This document shows, one piece after another, positions 35,405 through 47,140 of a DNA stretch of 56,758 nt. Origin of the DNA: Prorocentrum cordatum. Lineage: Eukaryota. The stretch spans positions 62,001 through 118,758 of the forward strand of contig CAUYUJ010000067.1 of the NCBI GenBank assembly GCA_963575745.1, in the 5' to 3' direction. Position 1 is the first letter of the stretch. Every line of letters begins with the position of its first letter. Under the pieces are notes generated by a model. It had not been told where the DNA came from, made no database searches, and was given only the letters and a program-made list of their open reading frames with translations. The translations under genes were made by a program, and so were the position numbers.

Positions 35405-35850
35405 CCCTCCCCTCCTCCTCCCCCCCCTCCCCTCCCACTCCTCTACCTCCTCCTCCTCCTCCTCCCCCTCCTCCTCCTCCCTCCTCCTCCTCCTCCTCCT
35501 CCTCCTCCTCCTCCTCCTTCCTCCTTCTCCTCCTCCTCCTCCCTCCTCCCCTCCCTCCTCCTCCTCCTCCTCCTCCTCCTCCTCTCCTCCTCCTCCTCTC
35601 TCCTCCTCCTCCTATCCTCCTCCCTCCTCCTCCTCCCTCCTCTCCTCCTCCCTCCTCCTCCTCTCCTCCTCCTCCTCCCTCCTCCTCCCCTCCCCTCCCC
35701 CTCCCCCTCCTCCCCTCCTCCCTCCTCCTCCTCCTCCTCCCCTCCTCCTCCTCCCCTCCTCCTCCTCCTCCTCCTCCTCCTCCTCCTCCTCCTCCTCTTC
35801 CTCCTCCTCCTCCTCCTCCTCCTCCTCCTCCTCCTCCTCCTCCTCCTCCT
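35405..35850. repeat. (CCT)n microsatellite
   Basis: Direct reading. Confidence 0.97.
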
Positions 35851-36219
35851 ATCGCATCCCAGGCGGCCGCCCTCTCGCCATCCGGGGCCCCCGCGGGCCG
35901 GGTTCGGGCCTTGGGGCCGTCCGAGACGCAGCTCATGGCGAGAAGCTGGGCCACGGCAAGGGGTCGAGAGGGTCGAGCCGAGGGGTGTCTTGGGTCTTGG
36001 GAGGGTGGACGATGGAGAGAGCCGCGCGGGGGTGTGCGGTAGGCTCGTGTCGCGTCGACGCGGCGGCGACACCGCCGCGGGCCTTCAGGGTTGAACGCCG
36101 CCAGTGGCCCAAATCGGCCTGAGATGGAAAGGTCCGGCGATCGAAAAGCCGCCGATCGATCGTCCAAGTTTGAACGATCTACGCGGTCTCACAAGCCAAC
36201 GCTGGGTTCGTCACGACAG

Positions 36220-36426
36220 GAGCTTGCCGCATGGGAGAGGGCATATTGCAACCTCATTGGACTGATCTCGCGCTGCCTGGGAAAGGTTCCAAGCGCCGGA
36301 CGATACGGTTCGCAACGGGTGAAATGGATCTTGAACTGAATGCGACACAGAGAGACTTGCGTTTGCCGGACGTGGCGGAATACAACCAGCTTATTGAGGG
36401 AAGAGGCTTCATACAATTCTTGAGAG
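36220..36426 (+). CDS. Candidate exon of an unidentified gene
   Basis: CAG| ... AG|GC boundaries, open frame ACRMGEGILQPHWTDLALPGKGSKRRTIRFATGEMDLELNATQRDLRLPDVAEYNQLIEGRGFIQFLR, non-repetitive island; no family recognised. Confidence 0.4.
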
Positions 36427-36504
36427 GCTGACTGCGAGGCTTACTTAGCTGCTTGAGAGGCTCCTTCAGAGCTAAGCTGGCTGTCTCCGTCTCTGCCTCT
36501 TTTT

Positions 36505-38225
36505 CCCAACCATCCTGTGGTGTTGGGTCCTCGTTTTGAAGAGACGGTGCACCGCGTTCCCGCCTCCTTCCTCCACCTCCCCCCTCCTCCCCCTCCCACA
36601 CCCATTCTGGCACACCCCTCACACGCTTCGTGGCCCCAGAGGGAGCTCCACCGAAGGCCCCAGTGGCTGCGCTCGCATGCGGTTCCACCCCCCATTCTGG
36701 CACACCCCTCACACGTTTCGTGGCCCCATAGGGAGCTCCACCGAAGGCCCCAGTGGCTGCGCCCGCATGCGGTTCCACCCCCCATTCTGGCACACCCCTC
36801 ACACGTTTCGTGGCCCCATAGGGAGCTCCACCGAAGGCCCCAGTGGCTGCGCCCGCATGCGGTTCCACCCCCCAATTCTGGCACACCCCTCACACGTTTC
36901 GTGGCCCCATAGGGAGCTCCACCGAAGGCCCCAGTGGCTGCGCCCGCATGCGGTTCCACCCCCCATTCTGGCACACCCCTCACACGTTTCGTGGCCCCAT
37001 AGGGAGCTCCACCGAAGGCCCCAGTGGCTGCGCCGCATGCGGTTCCATGCATTCTGGCACACCCTTCACACGTTTCGTGGCCCCATAGGGAGCTCCACCG
37101 AAGGCCCCAGTGGCTGCGCTCGCATGCGGTTCCACCCCCTGGCACTCACACGTTTCGTGGCCCCATAGGGAGCTCCACCGAAGGCCCCAGTGGCTGCATG
37201 CGGTTCCACGGCACACCCCTTTTCGTGGCCCCATAGGGAGCTCCACCGAAGGCCCCAGTGGCTGCGCCCGCATGCGGTTCCACCCCCCATTCTGGCACAC
37301 CCCTCACACGTTTCGTGGCCCCATAGGGAGCTCCACCGAAGGCCCCAGTGGCTGCGCCCGCATGCGGTTCCACCCCCCATTCTGGCACACCCCTCACACG
37401 CTTCGTGGGTGGCTCCATGGGGAGCTCCACCGAACGCCCCAGTGGCTGCGCTCGCATGTGGTTCCCCCCCCATTTCGGCACACCCCTCACACGGTTCGTG
37501 GCCCCATAGAGAGCTCCACCGAAGGCCCCAGTGGCTGCGCTCGCATGCGGTTCCACCCCCTTTTTCGGCACGCCCTTCACACGTCTCGTGGCCCCATAGG
37601 GAGCTCCACCGAACGCCGCAGTGGCTGCGCTCGCATGCGGTTCCACCCCCCATTTCGGCACACCCCTCACACGTTTCGTGGCTCCATAGGGAGCTCCACC
37701 GAAGGCCCCAGTGGCTGCGCTGGCATGCGGTTCCACACCCCATTCTGGCACACCCCTCGCACGTTTCGTGGCCCCATAGGGGGCTCCACCAAAGGTCCCA
37801 GTGGCACTGCCCGCTTGCGTCCGCCACCACCCAGCACAGCCCTTGTTCCCTGCGCTTCACCCACCCAGAACAGCGCTTCGTAGCCCTATAGGGAGCTCCA
37901 CCAAAGGTCCCAGCGGCACCGCCCGCATGCGTCCGCCACCACCCTGCACAGCCCTTGCTCCCTGCCTGCGTTTCACCCACCCAGTACAGCGTTTCGTGGC
38001 CCCATAGGGAGCTCCACCGAAGGTCCCAGTGGCACCGCTCGCATGCGTCCGCCACCACGCAGCACAGCCCTTGCTGACCGCGTCTCACCCACCCAGTACA
38101 GCGTTTCGTGGCCCCATAGGGAGCTCCACCGAAGGTCCCAGTGGCACCGCCCGCATGCGTCCGCCACCACCCAGCACAATTGCGGCATTCACAACTGCAT
38201 ATGGTTGGGTCCTTCGCCAGGCTAA
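36505..38225 (+). mobile_element. Helentron/DINE-1-like element, copy C (cleanest copy)
   Basis: TTTT|CCCAACCATCCTGTGGTGTTGGG head, 90-bp array 36611-38177, tail ATGGTTGGGTCCTTCGCCAGGCTAA|TTT. Confidence 0.82.
36611..38177 (+). repeat. Tandem array of 90-bp units switching to longer ~115-bp variants after ~37800
   Basis: Units start at 36611, 36701 and 36791; later units carry GCGTCCGCCACCACCCAGCACAGCCCTTG...CACCCACCCAGTACAGCG. Confidence 0.96.
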
Positions 38226-38575
38226 TTTGTGTTCTCTCTCTATCCCTCTCCCTCGTCATCTTCCTCTTCTCCTCGCTCTCCCTCTCTCTCTCTCTCCCTC
38301 TCTCTCTCTCGCTTTGCCCCTCAGTTGCTACTCCCCTCGGCGCGCAGCACGCTGGATCACTGGGCCGCGAGAACAAGCAGAACTGAGCTGGAAGAGCTTC
38401 AGGAGGGGAAAAACACACAGACACAAATAGTCGTCCACTCCCAGGAAAAGATGGGAAAATATGGGAAGTGGGGGGGAAGACAAAAATTCAGAAATATCTG
38501 AAAATATGGGGTATAATTTTGTTTGTGTGTATTTATTTGTGTGTCCTGGCGCCCCTTCAGAGTTGCATATTCGAG

Positions 38576-38783
38576 GTGCCTTGGGGAAGCAGCAGTCTGG
38601 TGGGCCTCGTGCTTTCGATCAACTGGCGTGGCGACTCGCCATGCCAGGGAATGCAATTGCCGCAACCTGTCTGGGCATCATACACACCCACTGTTCTCTG
38701 GATTCCAGATGTTGCCTTGCACGCAGGGTTGTTGATGCAACCGATCGCCAGCGCGTTTCCTGGAATCGAAGTTGCCATTTGAG
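38576..38783 (+). CDS. Candidate exon, phase-compatible with 36220-36426
   Basis: AG| acceptor and AG|GA donor; frame ambiguous because more than one frame is open. Confidence 0.25.
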
Positions 38784-39388
38784 GAAGGCCGTATATATTG
38801 GCATTTCGTTCGCCATCGCGCTATCGCGCTATGTGTTTGGGGCCGGCCCGTTCGTGGCAACTGGAAGGAGCGGCTCACAGTAATTTGCGCTCCGGCCTGC
38901 CTGGTCTCGACGTCGCGTCATCTTTCGATCGGGATCTGGTCGTGGGTAGGGAGGGTCAGGGAGGGAAGATTCCTGCGGAGCCGCACAGCTCCTACTGGAG
39001 CACGGGCCCAAACTTGTTACCCCGCCTCGGACCCGGGCGGCAAACGGGAGAGCGGTGCAGCCGAAAGGCAAGCGAATCTCCGAATCTCCGAATGGAGAAG
39101 GACGCGGCTTGTGAGAATATTCCTCCCCAGAGCCAAGGGTTCGGGATGATAAGGAGGGGGGGGGAAGGGGGAGCGGCGGGGAAGGCGGGAGAAGCGGGGG
39201 AGGGCGAGGGAGGGATAGGAGTTGGTCGGTCGGGCGCGGCATGGACAGCAGTCTGTGTGCTGATGGGCCGACCTTCCACCGCCACTACCACGGGTAGGAG
39301 AGGGAGGAGGAAATGGAAGGAAGAAGAAGAAGGCTCCCCATCCTGCCTTCTCTCGAAGCTGAAACATCGCTAGAAACATCACCTTCTG

Positions 39389-39514
39389 GCGCTCCGCGCG
39401 GACTTCATGGATCCGCGCTGGGCTTCCCCAGCGGCGCCTCCCGCGCCGCCCCTGGCGCGCTCCCCGCGCCAGGGTGGGGGGCCCAGCGCAGATCCAAGAA
39501 GTCCGCGCGGAGCG
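39389..39514. mobile_element. Relative of the 14366-14564 Introner (core only)
   Basis: TCCGCGCGGACTTC.TGGATCCGCGCTGGGC ... GCCCAGCGC.GATCCAAGAAGTCCGCGCGGA, plus the shared spacer GCGGCGCCTCC..CGCCGC.CCTGGCGCGCTCC.CGCGCCAGGG. Confidence 0.8.
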
Positions 39515-39903
39515 TGCCACAGGTTTCTGTTCATGGCATTCTGTTTCTCCCGCTCCCCCCTCGTCCTGCCTGTGGCAGCGGTGGCGGAGGCTCGGCCCAT
39601 CGTGTGCTGGTCAGGGGTCGGCTCCCGGGGGTCCCCGGGGCGAGGGCTGCAGGGCGCGGGCGCGCGGCCCCGCCCTGCCCCGCCGCCCCGCCCAGCGCAG
39701 GGGGGGGGGCACGCGGCCGTGCGCGCCGGTCGCTGGACTCTCGGACTCTGGGCCTCCCAGGCGGGGTCGGAGCAGAAGAGAGAGAGAGGCCCAACAGGAT
39801 GAAAGAGAGGGAAGGGTAGCGGTATGGGTGCCCTTGCCTCCTCGGGTACGTGGCGCGTTCCGGAAGGGCCTCGCCTCCAAGAGCTTGGGGAGCTCCCGCC
39901 CAG

Positions 39904-40059
39904 GTGCAGGAGCGAAATGAGGACGTGCACGTACACGAATCCACGCTGGTTTCGAGAGTACGCGTTGCCCGAATGTTCGTATCACGCGGTCAGTGTCGCG
40001 GAGCGAGGGGCCGCGTTCATGTTCATAGCTGGGCGCATATGTCCTTTCTGGCCTCCCAG
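39904..40059 (+). CDS. Candidate exon of the unidentified gene
   Basis: CAG| acceptor, strong CAG|GTAGGT donor, frame CRSEMRTCTYTNPRWFREYALPECSYHAVSVAERGAAFMFIAGRICPFWPP. Confidence 0.38.
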
Positions 40060-43000
40060 GTAGGTGGTGTCGGAGCAGATGGGGAGGTTGGTACCTCTGC
40101 CTGAGCGGAAGGCCAGCAGTCGGGCGGAGGGCGCCAGAAGCGAGACCGAGACGGCGCCACCAGCGGAAGCAGGAAATGCGCCCCCAAGAGATTCTGGGCC
40201 TCCCAGATGGGGTCGGAGCAGATGGGGTCGGAGGATCTCGCTGCATCGGCGATGCATCGACGATGCGGTTCGATGCGGTGCCCGATTTCCTCCACGCCGA
40301 CGTCGCCGATGCGTCTCCGACGTCGCCGATGCATTGGCGATGCGGTGCGATCCTTCGACCCCATCTACTCGGACCCCTCTACAGATTCCTTCCTACTTCC
40401 TACTTCCTAGTTCTTACCCAACACGCAGCAGATGCATGTCAATTCGGCTTCAAGCGCCCTCCTACTTCAAGAGTCGATATGCTTCTAGTGTACTTTGTTA
40501 TTCTCTGTGAGGGCCTGGACCCAATCTGCTTGATCCAACTTCATGCTTAATGCTTACATCAGCCCAGAGCGCCCAGACGACGGGGCAGGGCGGAGTGGCG
40601 CCAGTCTTGGCAGAGGATCGAGCACTCTCAGGCGACCGCAAAAATGGATCAAGGGGGCGTGGGGGTCGATCTTTGTCCGGTCGGGGGGTCTTGAGCACAT
40701 GTCCCCAACGGTTCTGGCCAAGCATCTTGCGAAAATCTTCCCTTGAATATCTGCCCGCAGTGCTGGGCCCATGCAGATCCCCCGGGCGGAATCCACAAGC
40801 CAGGTCTGCACCGAACTCTCCGGGAAATCTCCGGACGTGCCCCTTCTGGTTGGGACACGTGATCTAGGCATTTCCTCGATCTTAGCCTATAGTCGTGATG
40901 AATCCACTCCAGGGCGTTCCGGAACGCTCTCCGAGCGTTCCAGGACTCTCCGAGACGGCCGCGGCGCCCTATGCGTCCTCCGAACCCGCCGATTCTCAGA
41001 GCTATCCGATCTATGTCGGTCCCAGTTTGTCTCGATTCTGCCCTCGTCTTAGCGTGCCTGCCCCGAAGCGTGGATTTTTCTGGTCGGATGGACAGGGCGC
41101 AGGCCTGTCCCCGAGATCGAGGGCGCGCGCGGTCGGGAAACTGGGAGTCTTGTGGGCAGTGACGACGGTCTCTTGGTAAGCCGAAGATGGCAGGAGCGAT
41201 GACTATTTCGAGGCGGGGCTTTATACAGAACCACCGCCCGGAGGATCGATCTTCGCGGACCTCCACGGGCGTTGGATTCGGATAGGTTTTGGCCCTCAGG
41301 GGCCAGAACACGTCCAGATCCACCGCCCGCGGGGTCCCCAGGACGTGTCGGTTTCCAGGCGGTGGATGTGGATGAATCCCCGCCTCGCAGCGATGGTCTC
41401 TGTGTACGTCGAGGACGGCAGGGGCGATGGCGCAGGGAGGAGGGGGAGGCGTCAGGGGGGTGTCGGGGCGGATGCCGGGGGGGGGGAGGAGGGGGGGCGG
41501 GAGGCCACGGGGGCGCACGAGGCAGTGGGGGGACCAGGCGGGAGGAGGAGGGAGGTGGGAGAGGGGAGCAGGCCGGACGTTGGAGGCAGGAGGGCGGGGG
41601 TGCAGGAGGCAGTGAGGGCGCGGGCGCCTGCCTGCCTCGTGCCCACCTCCTGCCGAGGCAGCCTCTTTGAGGGCACCAGCGCGAGGGCGCGGGGTCAAAA
41701 CACCACGCTTCTTCGGCGCGACGCGCCGGGCACGCCACCTGTCCCCAGGCAGCAGCGCGCCAAGCTCGCCCCAGGCTCCCGTCCCACGATCGGGGAGACG
41801 CAAGGCTCGAGCAAGCCGGAGCTCGGGTTTGCCGACGTTTTTTTGGCGAGCGCGTCCTGGATTGCGACGGTTCAGTTTTTGTGGGATGTTTGCAGCGGGG
41901 GCTCGCGTCGAATTTCACCATGATGGCCTTGTCAGGCCAGCCCGAGTCCCCCGAACCCCGAGGCTCTCGTTTCCCCGACACGAAGCGACACGCCGTCAGC
42001 TCGCAGGGCGTGGCGTGCCGCAGGAGCCGCTGCCGCGGCTCGCCAGTCAAGAGTTCCTCACCATGTCATGGATAACAAAGAGCCCCTGACCCTAATGACA
42101 CGATGAAGACGTGGCTTCACTGAGGTTCCCGTCTTCGCATTAGGGGTAATAATTCTGGGCGGTTTAGTCTGATACATCTGCAGGAAAAACAAGGCCCCCT
42201 ATCCCCAGTGTTCCTGGCCTCCTAACTTAGGTCGCCTCCCAAGGGGTTAGGGGTCCTGTTATGCCTAATCACCAAGAGGCCCGTTTTCCTGTGTCAGGTG
42301 TTCGGTCATGGACCCCTCGTTGAACGCAGCCATCCAGCCTCAGTGCCGAAGACCGCTAGAAACCGCCCGAGTCCGCCAGAAGGCCGCCGAAGACCGCCGA
42401 GCGGCATACGGTCCGCAAAGGGCCCACGGTCGAATCAGATGCCGATCGTCGCCCAAGTTTCGGTAGCGCGCCCAAGGGGGAAGGCAGCGGAGGCGGGCCT
42501 GCTCAGAAGGCCGAGAGAGCACAGAAGGCCTCTGGCCTTCCGGGGAGCTCAGACTCCGAGGCCGCAGCGGGCTCCTCAGCAGGCCGGAGGGCTTCCGAGA
42601 AGCCCCGCCGCCTTCGGAGAGGGCCAGCCCCGTCTCGGACGCCTGATGGCTTTTGGGTCATCGCTCGGCTCGCCCGTGGCTCTTCGGAACGACCCGGGCA
42701 CTCCCAGGACGCTCCCGGCGAGGCGCGGCCGCTCCCAGAACGCGTCCCGAGGCTGGCAGACCGCCGCGGACACACGAAGGCGCCCGAAAACACGAGACCT
42801 GGAATCCGGAATTCCCCCCCGGGCTCGCCGCCGAGCCCGAGATGGAATGCCCGCTGGCTGGGCCCTCTCCTCCTCCTCCTCCTCCTCCTCCGCCTCCGCC
42901 TCCGCCTCCGCCCGCCAGCGCCCCGGAGGCAGCCGTCGCGCCTCGCGGCCGCCGCGCTGCTCCTCGGCGCGCCGCCGCGCGCCCCTCGCGCGCCCCTGTC

Positions 43001-43260
43001 CGTCTCTGCGCCGGCGTCCCGCGGCAGCGGCAGCGGCGGCGGCGCCCTGCAGCCGGAGGCGACGACGAGGGCGAACAGCCCAGGCGCGGGCACTACGTGC
43101 ACGCATTCGACGGGGAGCCTCGCCGAAGGCATGGACCATCGGTGCCCCTGGATGCACGTACTGCTCTCACCTGGGCTGTGCGCGCCTATCCGTCTCTGCG
43201 CCGGCGTCCCGCGGCAGCGGCAGCGCCGGCGGCGCCCTGCAGTCAGAGGCGACGACGGGG

Positions 43261-43459
43261 TTATGACGTTCCAACCTACTTTAGCTTTGATCACCAGAGA
43301 GAATTTCGAGCACCAAAAAGTACCGAAACTCAAGGGTGTTCACGCGTCGGGCCCTGGGAGGCACTCGTCCGACACTGCTTCGACACTCTTTCGACACTTT
43401 CCCGGGTGCTCGAAATTATTTTTGGGATGTGGTCCTTAAGTACGATGGGAGCAACATAG
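43261..43459. mobile_element. ~200-bp MITE with imperfect TIRs and a probable 8-bp TSD
   Basis: CGACGGGG|TTATGACGTTCCAACCTACTTTAG ... CTTAAGTACGATGGGAGCAACATAG|CGATGGGG; the empty site is seen in the paralogous unit at 43060-43090. Confidence 0.65.
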
Positions 43460-45439
43460 CGATGGGGGCGAACAGCCCGGGCGCGGGCACCAAGTACAGT
43501 GGGGGCGCGCATCAAGAAGCCATCTGCTTTTCGTCAGGGTCTCCTGGGTTTCTTTGCTCCGCGCGCTGCGCGGTGACTTCCCGCGGCCGTTGAAGAAGCT
43601 GCTGCGTTCAGGGTGCTCCGGGTTTCCCCTCAGAGTACCTCTCGCGCGGGTTTTCAGGGTTGGGTTTCTTGCGAGGGTTTCTTGCGGCCGCGCCCGCTCT
43701 GCACACGTATTCGACGGGGAGCGTCGCCGAAGGCATGGACCACCGGCGCCCCCGGATACACGTATTGCTCTCCCCTGGGCTATTGGCCCCCTTCGCCGCC
43801 CCCGGCTGAAGCCACGGTGTCCTGGGGCCCATCAGAGCACGAGTCAGGGTGGGCGGGCGTCCTGCGGCAGTCGCGTCCTGCGGCGGCGGCCGGAATCTGC
43901 AGAGGCACGGGGCAGGAGATCAGAGGCAACGATAGGGGGGGATAGGCAAGGGGGGGGGGGTACATCGACCCCCATTCGCTAACTGATCGCCACAGGGGCC
44001 CAATAGCCTCCACCATCCCCGGATCGTGTGGACTCACTGTCGGGGGCCTGTCGCTGATCTATCGGCGGTGTATTGCCGATGCCAGGTCGATGTGTCCCCT
44101 CCTGTGCCAGGCCCCCCCGATCGTTTCCCCCCTGGTGGAGGAGGAGGACGGAGGGAGGGAGGGAGGCGGCGGAGGGCGAGCGGCGCCACGGAGACGGAGG
44201 ACGAGGATCAGGTGAGAAAAATTGGGCACAGGCACGACAAGCATCGATTTCCAGGAAGACATGAGAAGCAGTGGGAAATGGAGGTGAAGAGGGAAACCCA
44301 TAACATACTGAAACATCTGAGTGGAATCCTGGAAGTCGTGTTTATCCCCAGTGTCCTAAGATGGGGTCCGTGTTCTTCCGTAGTCGTTTCCAGCCCTTGC
44401 TCCTCCTCCTCCTCCTCTTCCTCCTCTTCTTCTTCCCCTCCCTCACACATATCATTCCTATACGCATACTCAGATCACTCTCACCCAACTCATACTCACA
44501 TCACTCCTCTTCCTCCCGCACTCTCATCACACTCATACTAACTCATACTCGGAGTCACTCATACTCAGGCTCATTCACACTCAGACTCACACTCATACCC
44601 ACTCACACTCAGACACCCTCACACTCAGACTCGCGCATCACTCCACTCAGACCCGCTCCCTCACTCAGACTCGCCCAGATCAACTCACACATGCAGACTC
44701 ACTCAAGCTCAGACTCAGCCGGACTCACTCGGGCTTAGACCCACCCAGATTCGCTCACACTCAGAATCATTCCCTTCGCGATATAGCAGGCGTGGCACTT
44801 GGGCACCCCAGGGGGGAGCCGCCAGGGGGTATTTCACGGGCCTGGTCGCACCTAGATTGTGGGCATGTCTCAGGCGGTTTGCCTGTTTGCATGGTCAATA
44901 TCCTCTGCTTTCGGAGCATAGTATGAGGATGTCTCAGGCGAGGCGCTGTTTTCAGTACTCCCAAGGGGGAGCCGCCAGGGGGTGATCATGGGCCCGTTCG
45001 CGCCCAGATTGTGGGGATGTCCCGAGCGCTTTGCCTGTTTCGGCGCCCCCGGCTCCTCTGTTGTCAGAGCAGCTTGTGAGGATGTCTCTGGCGAGGCGCT
45101 GGTTTCGGTACCCCAAGGGGGAGCCGCCAAGGGGAACTTCACGGGCCCGTTCGCGCCCAGAGTGTGGGGGTGTCCCAGGAGGTTTGCTTGTATCGGCGCC
45201 TCCGACTCCTCTGTTGTCAGAGCAGGTTGTGAGGATGTCTCAGGCGAAGCGCTGATCATTCATATTCAGACTCATACTCACCATACTCACACTCAGACCC
45301 ACTCACACTCAGACTCACCCACCCTCATATTCACTCACACTCAGACTCAATTTTATCCATGTTCACTCATACTCAGACGCCTAAACAAGAAACTCATACT
45401 CAAGCCCACTCACACTCGCACTCAGACTCAGATTCGGAC

Positions 45440-46747
45440 ACACAAACACACACACACACTCACACACAAACACACGCACCCCTCCCACACACACACACAC
45501 ACACACACACCCACCCACACACCCACACGTACACACACACACTCCGACACACACCCACACACACACACGCACACTTTTTAAAATCGGCGGCGCAGAGGGT
45601 CCTCAAGCGCGGGTAGCAGATGGAATTGCGAATTGGGATCGAGCATTGTCGAAGGCACAGTGTACGACACACACACACACACACGCACGCACACACACAC
45701 ACCCTTACCCCCACACACACAACCACACGCACACACACCCAAACACGCACGCACACCCACACGCACACACCCACTCACCCACACACACACACACACATAC
45801 CCACACACCCACGCACCCACACACCTTCACACCAACACTCACACACGCACATACCCACACACCCACTCACCACCCACACCCATACACCCACACCCACCTA
45901 CCCACGTACCCACACACCCGCACAACCACGCACCCGCACACCCCCACACCCCCACACCCACACACGCCCACACACACACAGCCACACACCCACACACACC
46001 CACAGCCTCCCACAGCGCACACCCCACACCCGCACACCCCCACACCCGCACACCACGACACCCACACGCACCCACACCCCCACACCCTCACACCCACACA
46101 CCCACCACCCAAACCCCAACGCACTCACACCCCCACACCTCCCCACTCCCAACCCCACACCGCCACACCCCCACACCGCCACACACCCACACCCACCTCC
46201 ACACCCACACCCACTCCTTTACCCGCACCCACACCCACATTTACACCCACACCCACAAGGACACGCACACGCACACGACACGCACACGCACACGCACACG
46301 CACGCGCACACGCACTCGCACCCGCACACGCACCCGCACCCGCACTCGCACACGCACACGCATACGCACACGCACACGCATTCGCACTTGCACCCGTACA
46401 TACACACACACGCACGCACACGCACACGCACACGCCTACACACGCACACGCACACAAACCCACACCACACACACGCGCACACGCACACACACGCACCCGC
46501 ACCCGCACCCGTACCCGCACCCGCACCCGCACCCGCACCCGCACCCGCACACGCACCCGCACCCGCACTCGCACCCGCACACATACGCACACGCATACGC
46601 ACACGCACACGCACCCACCCCCCCACCACCCCCCACACACACACACACACACACACACCCACACACACACACCCACACCCACACCCACACACACACACAC
46701 ACACGCACATTCACACACGCACACGCACACGCACACGCGCACACGCA

Positions 46748-46779
<32 letters not shown>

Positions 46780-47140
46780 ACACACACTCACACACACACC
46801 ACGCGCAACCCACACCCACACACACCACCCACACACACACACGCACACACCCACGCACGCACGTACGCACTCACGCACGCACGCACGCACGCACGCACAC
46901 GCACACCCACACCCACACACCCACATGCACACACCCACGCACACACGCACGCACGCACGCATTCACTCACGCACGCACGCACGCACGCACACGCCCACAC
47001 ACCACTCACACACACCAGCACACACACACCGACACACACACACACACACACCAACACACACACACACACGCACACACACACATCACCACACACCACACAC
47101 CACACCACACACCACACGCCACACACCACAAACCACACCA
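45440..47140. repeat. Compound (CA)n/(CACG)n/(CACACG)n/(CACCCG)n microsatellite field
   Basis: Direct reading; 45576-45665 is a short unique interruption. Confidence 0.97.

Noticed and set aside
35139..36167. Pro/Ser/Leu/Gly-rich ORFs (also 6890-7324)
   Set aside because: (CCT)n/(GGA)n microsatellite artefacts.
36611..38177. CRISPR-like array (also 5008-5830, 24911-25526)
   Set aside because: Inter-core segments are homologous to one another rather than unique spacers, the units are ~90 bp, there are no cas genes and the context is eukaryotic.
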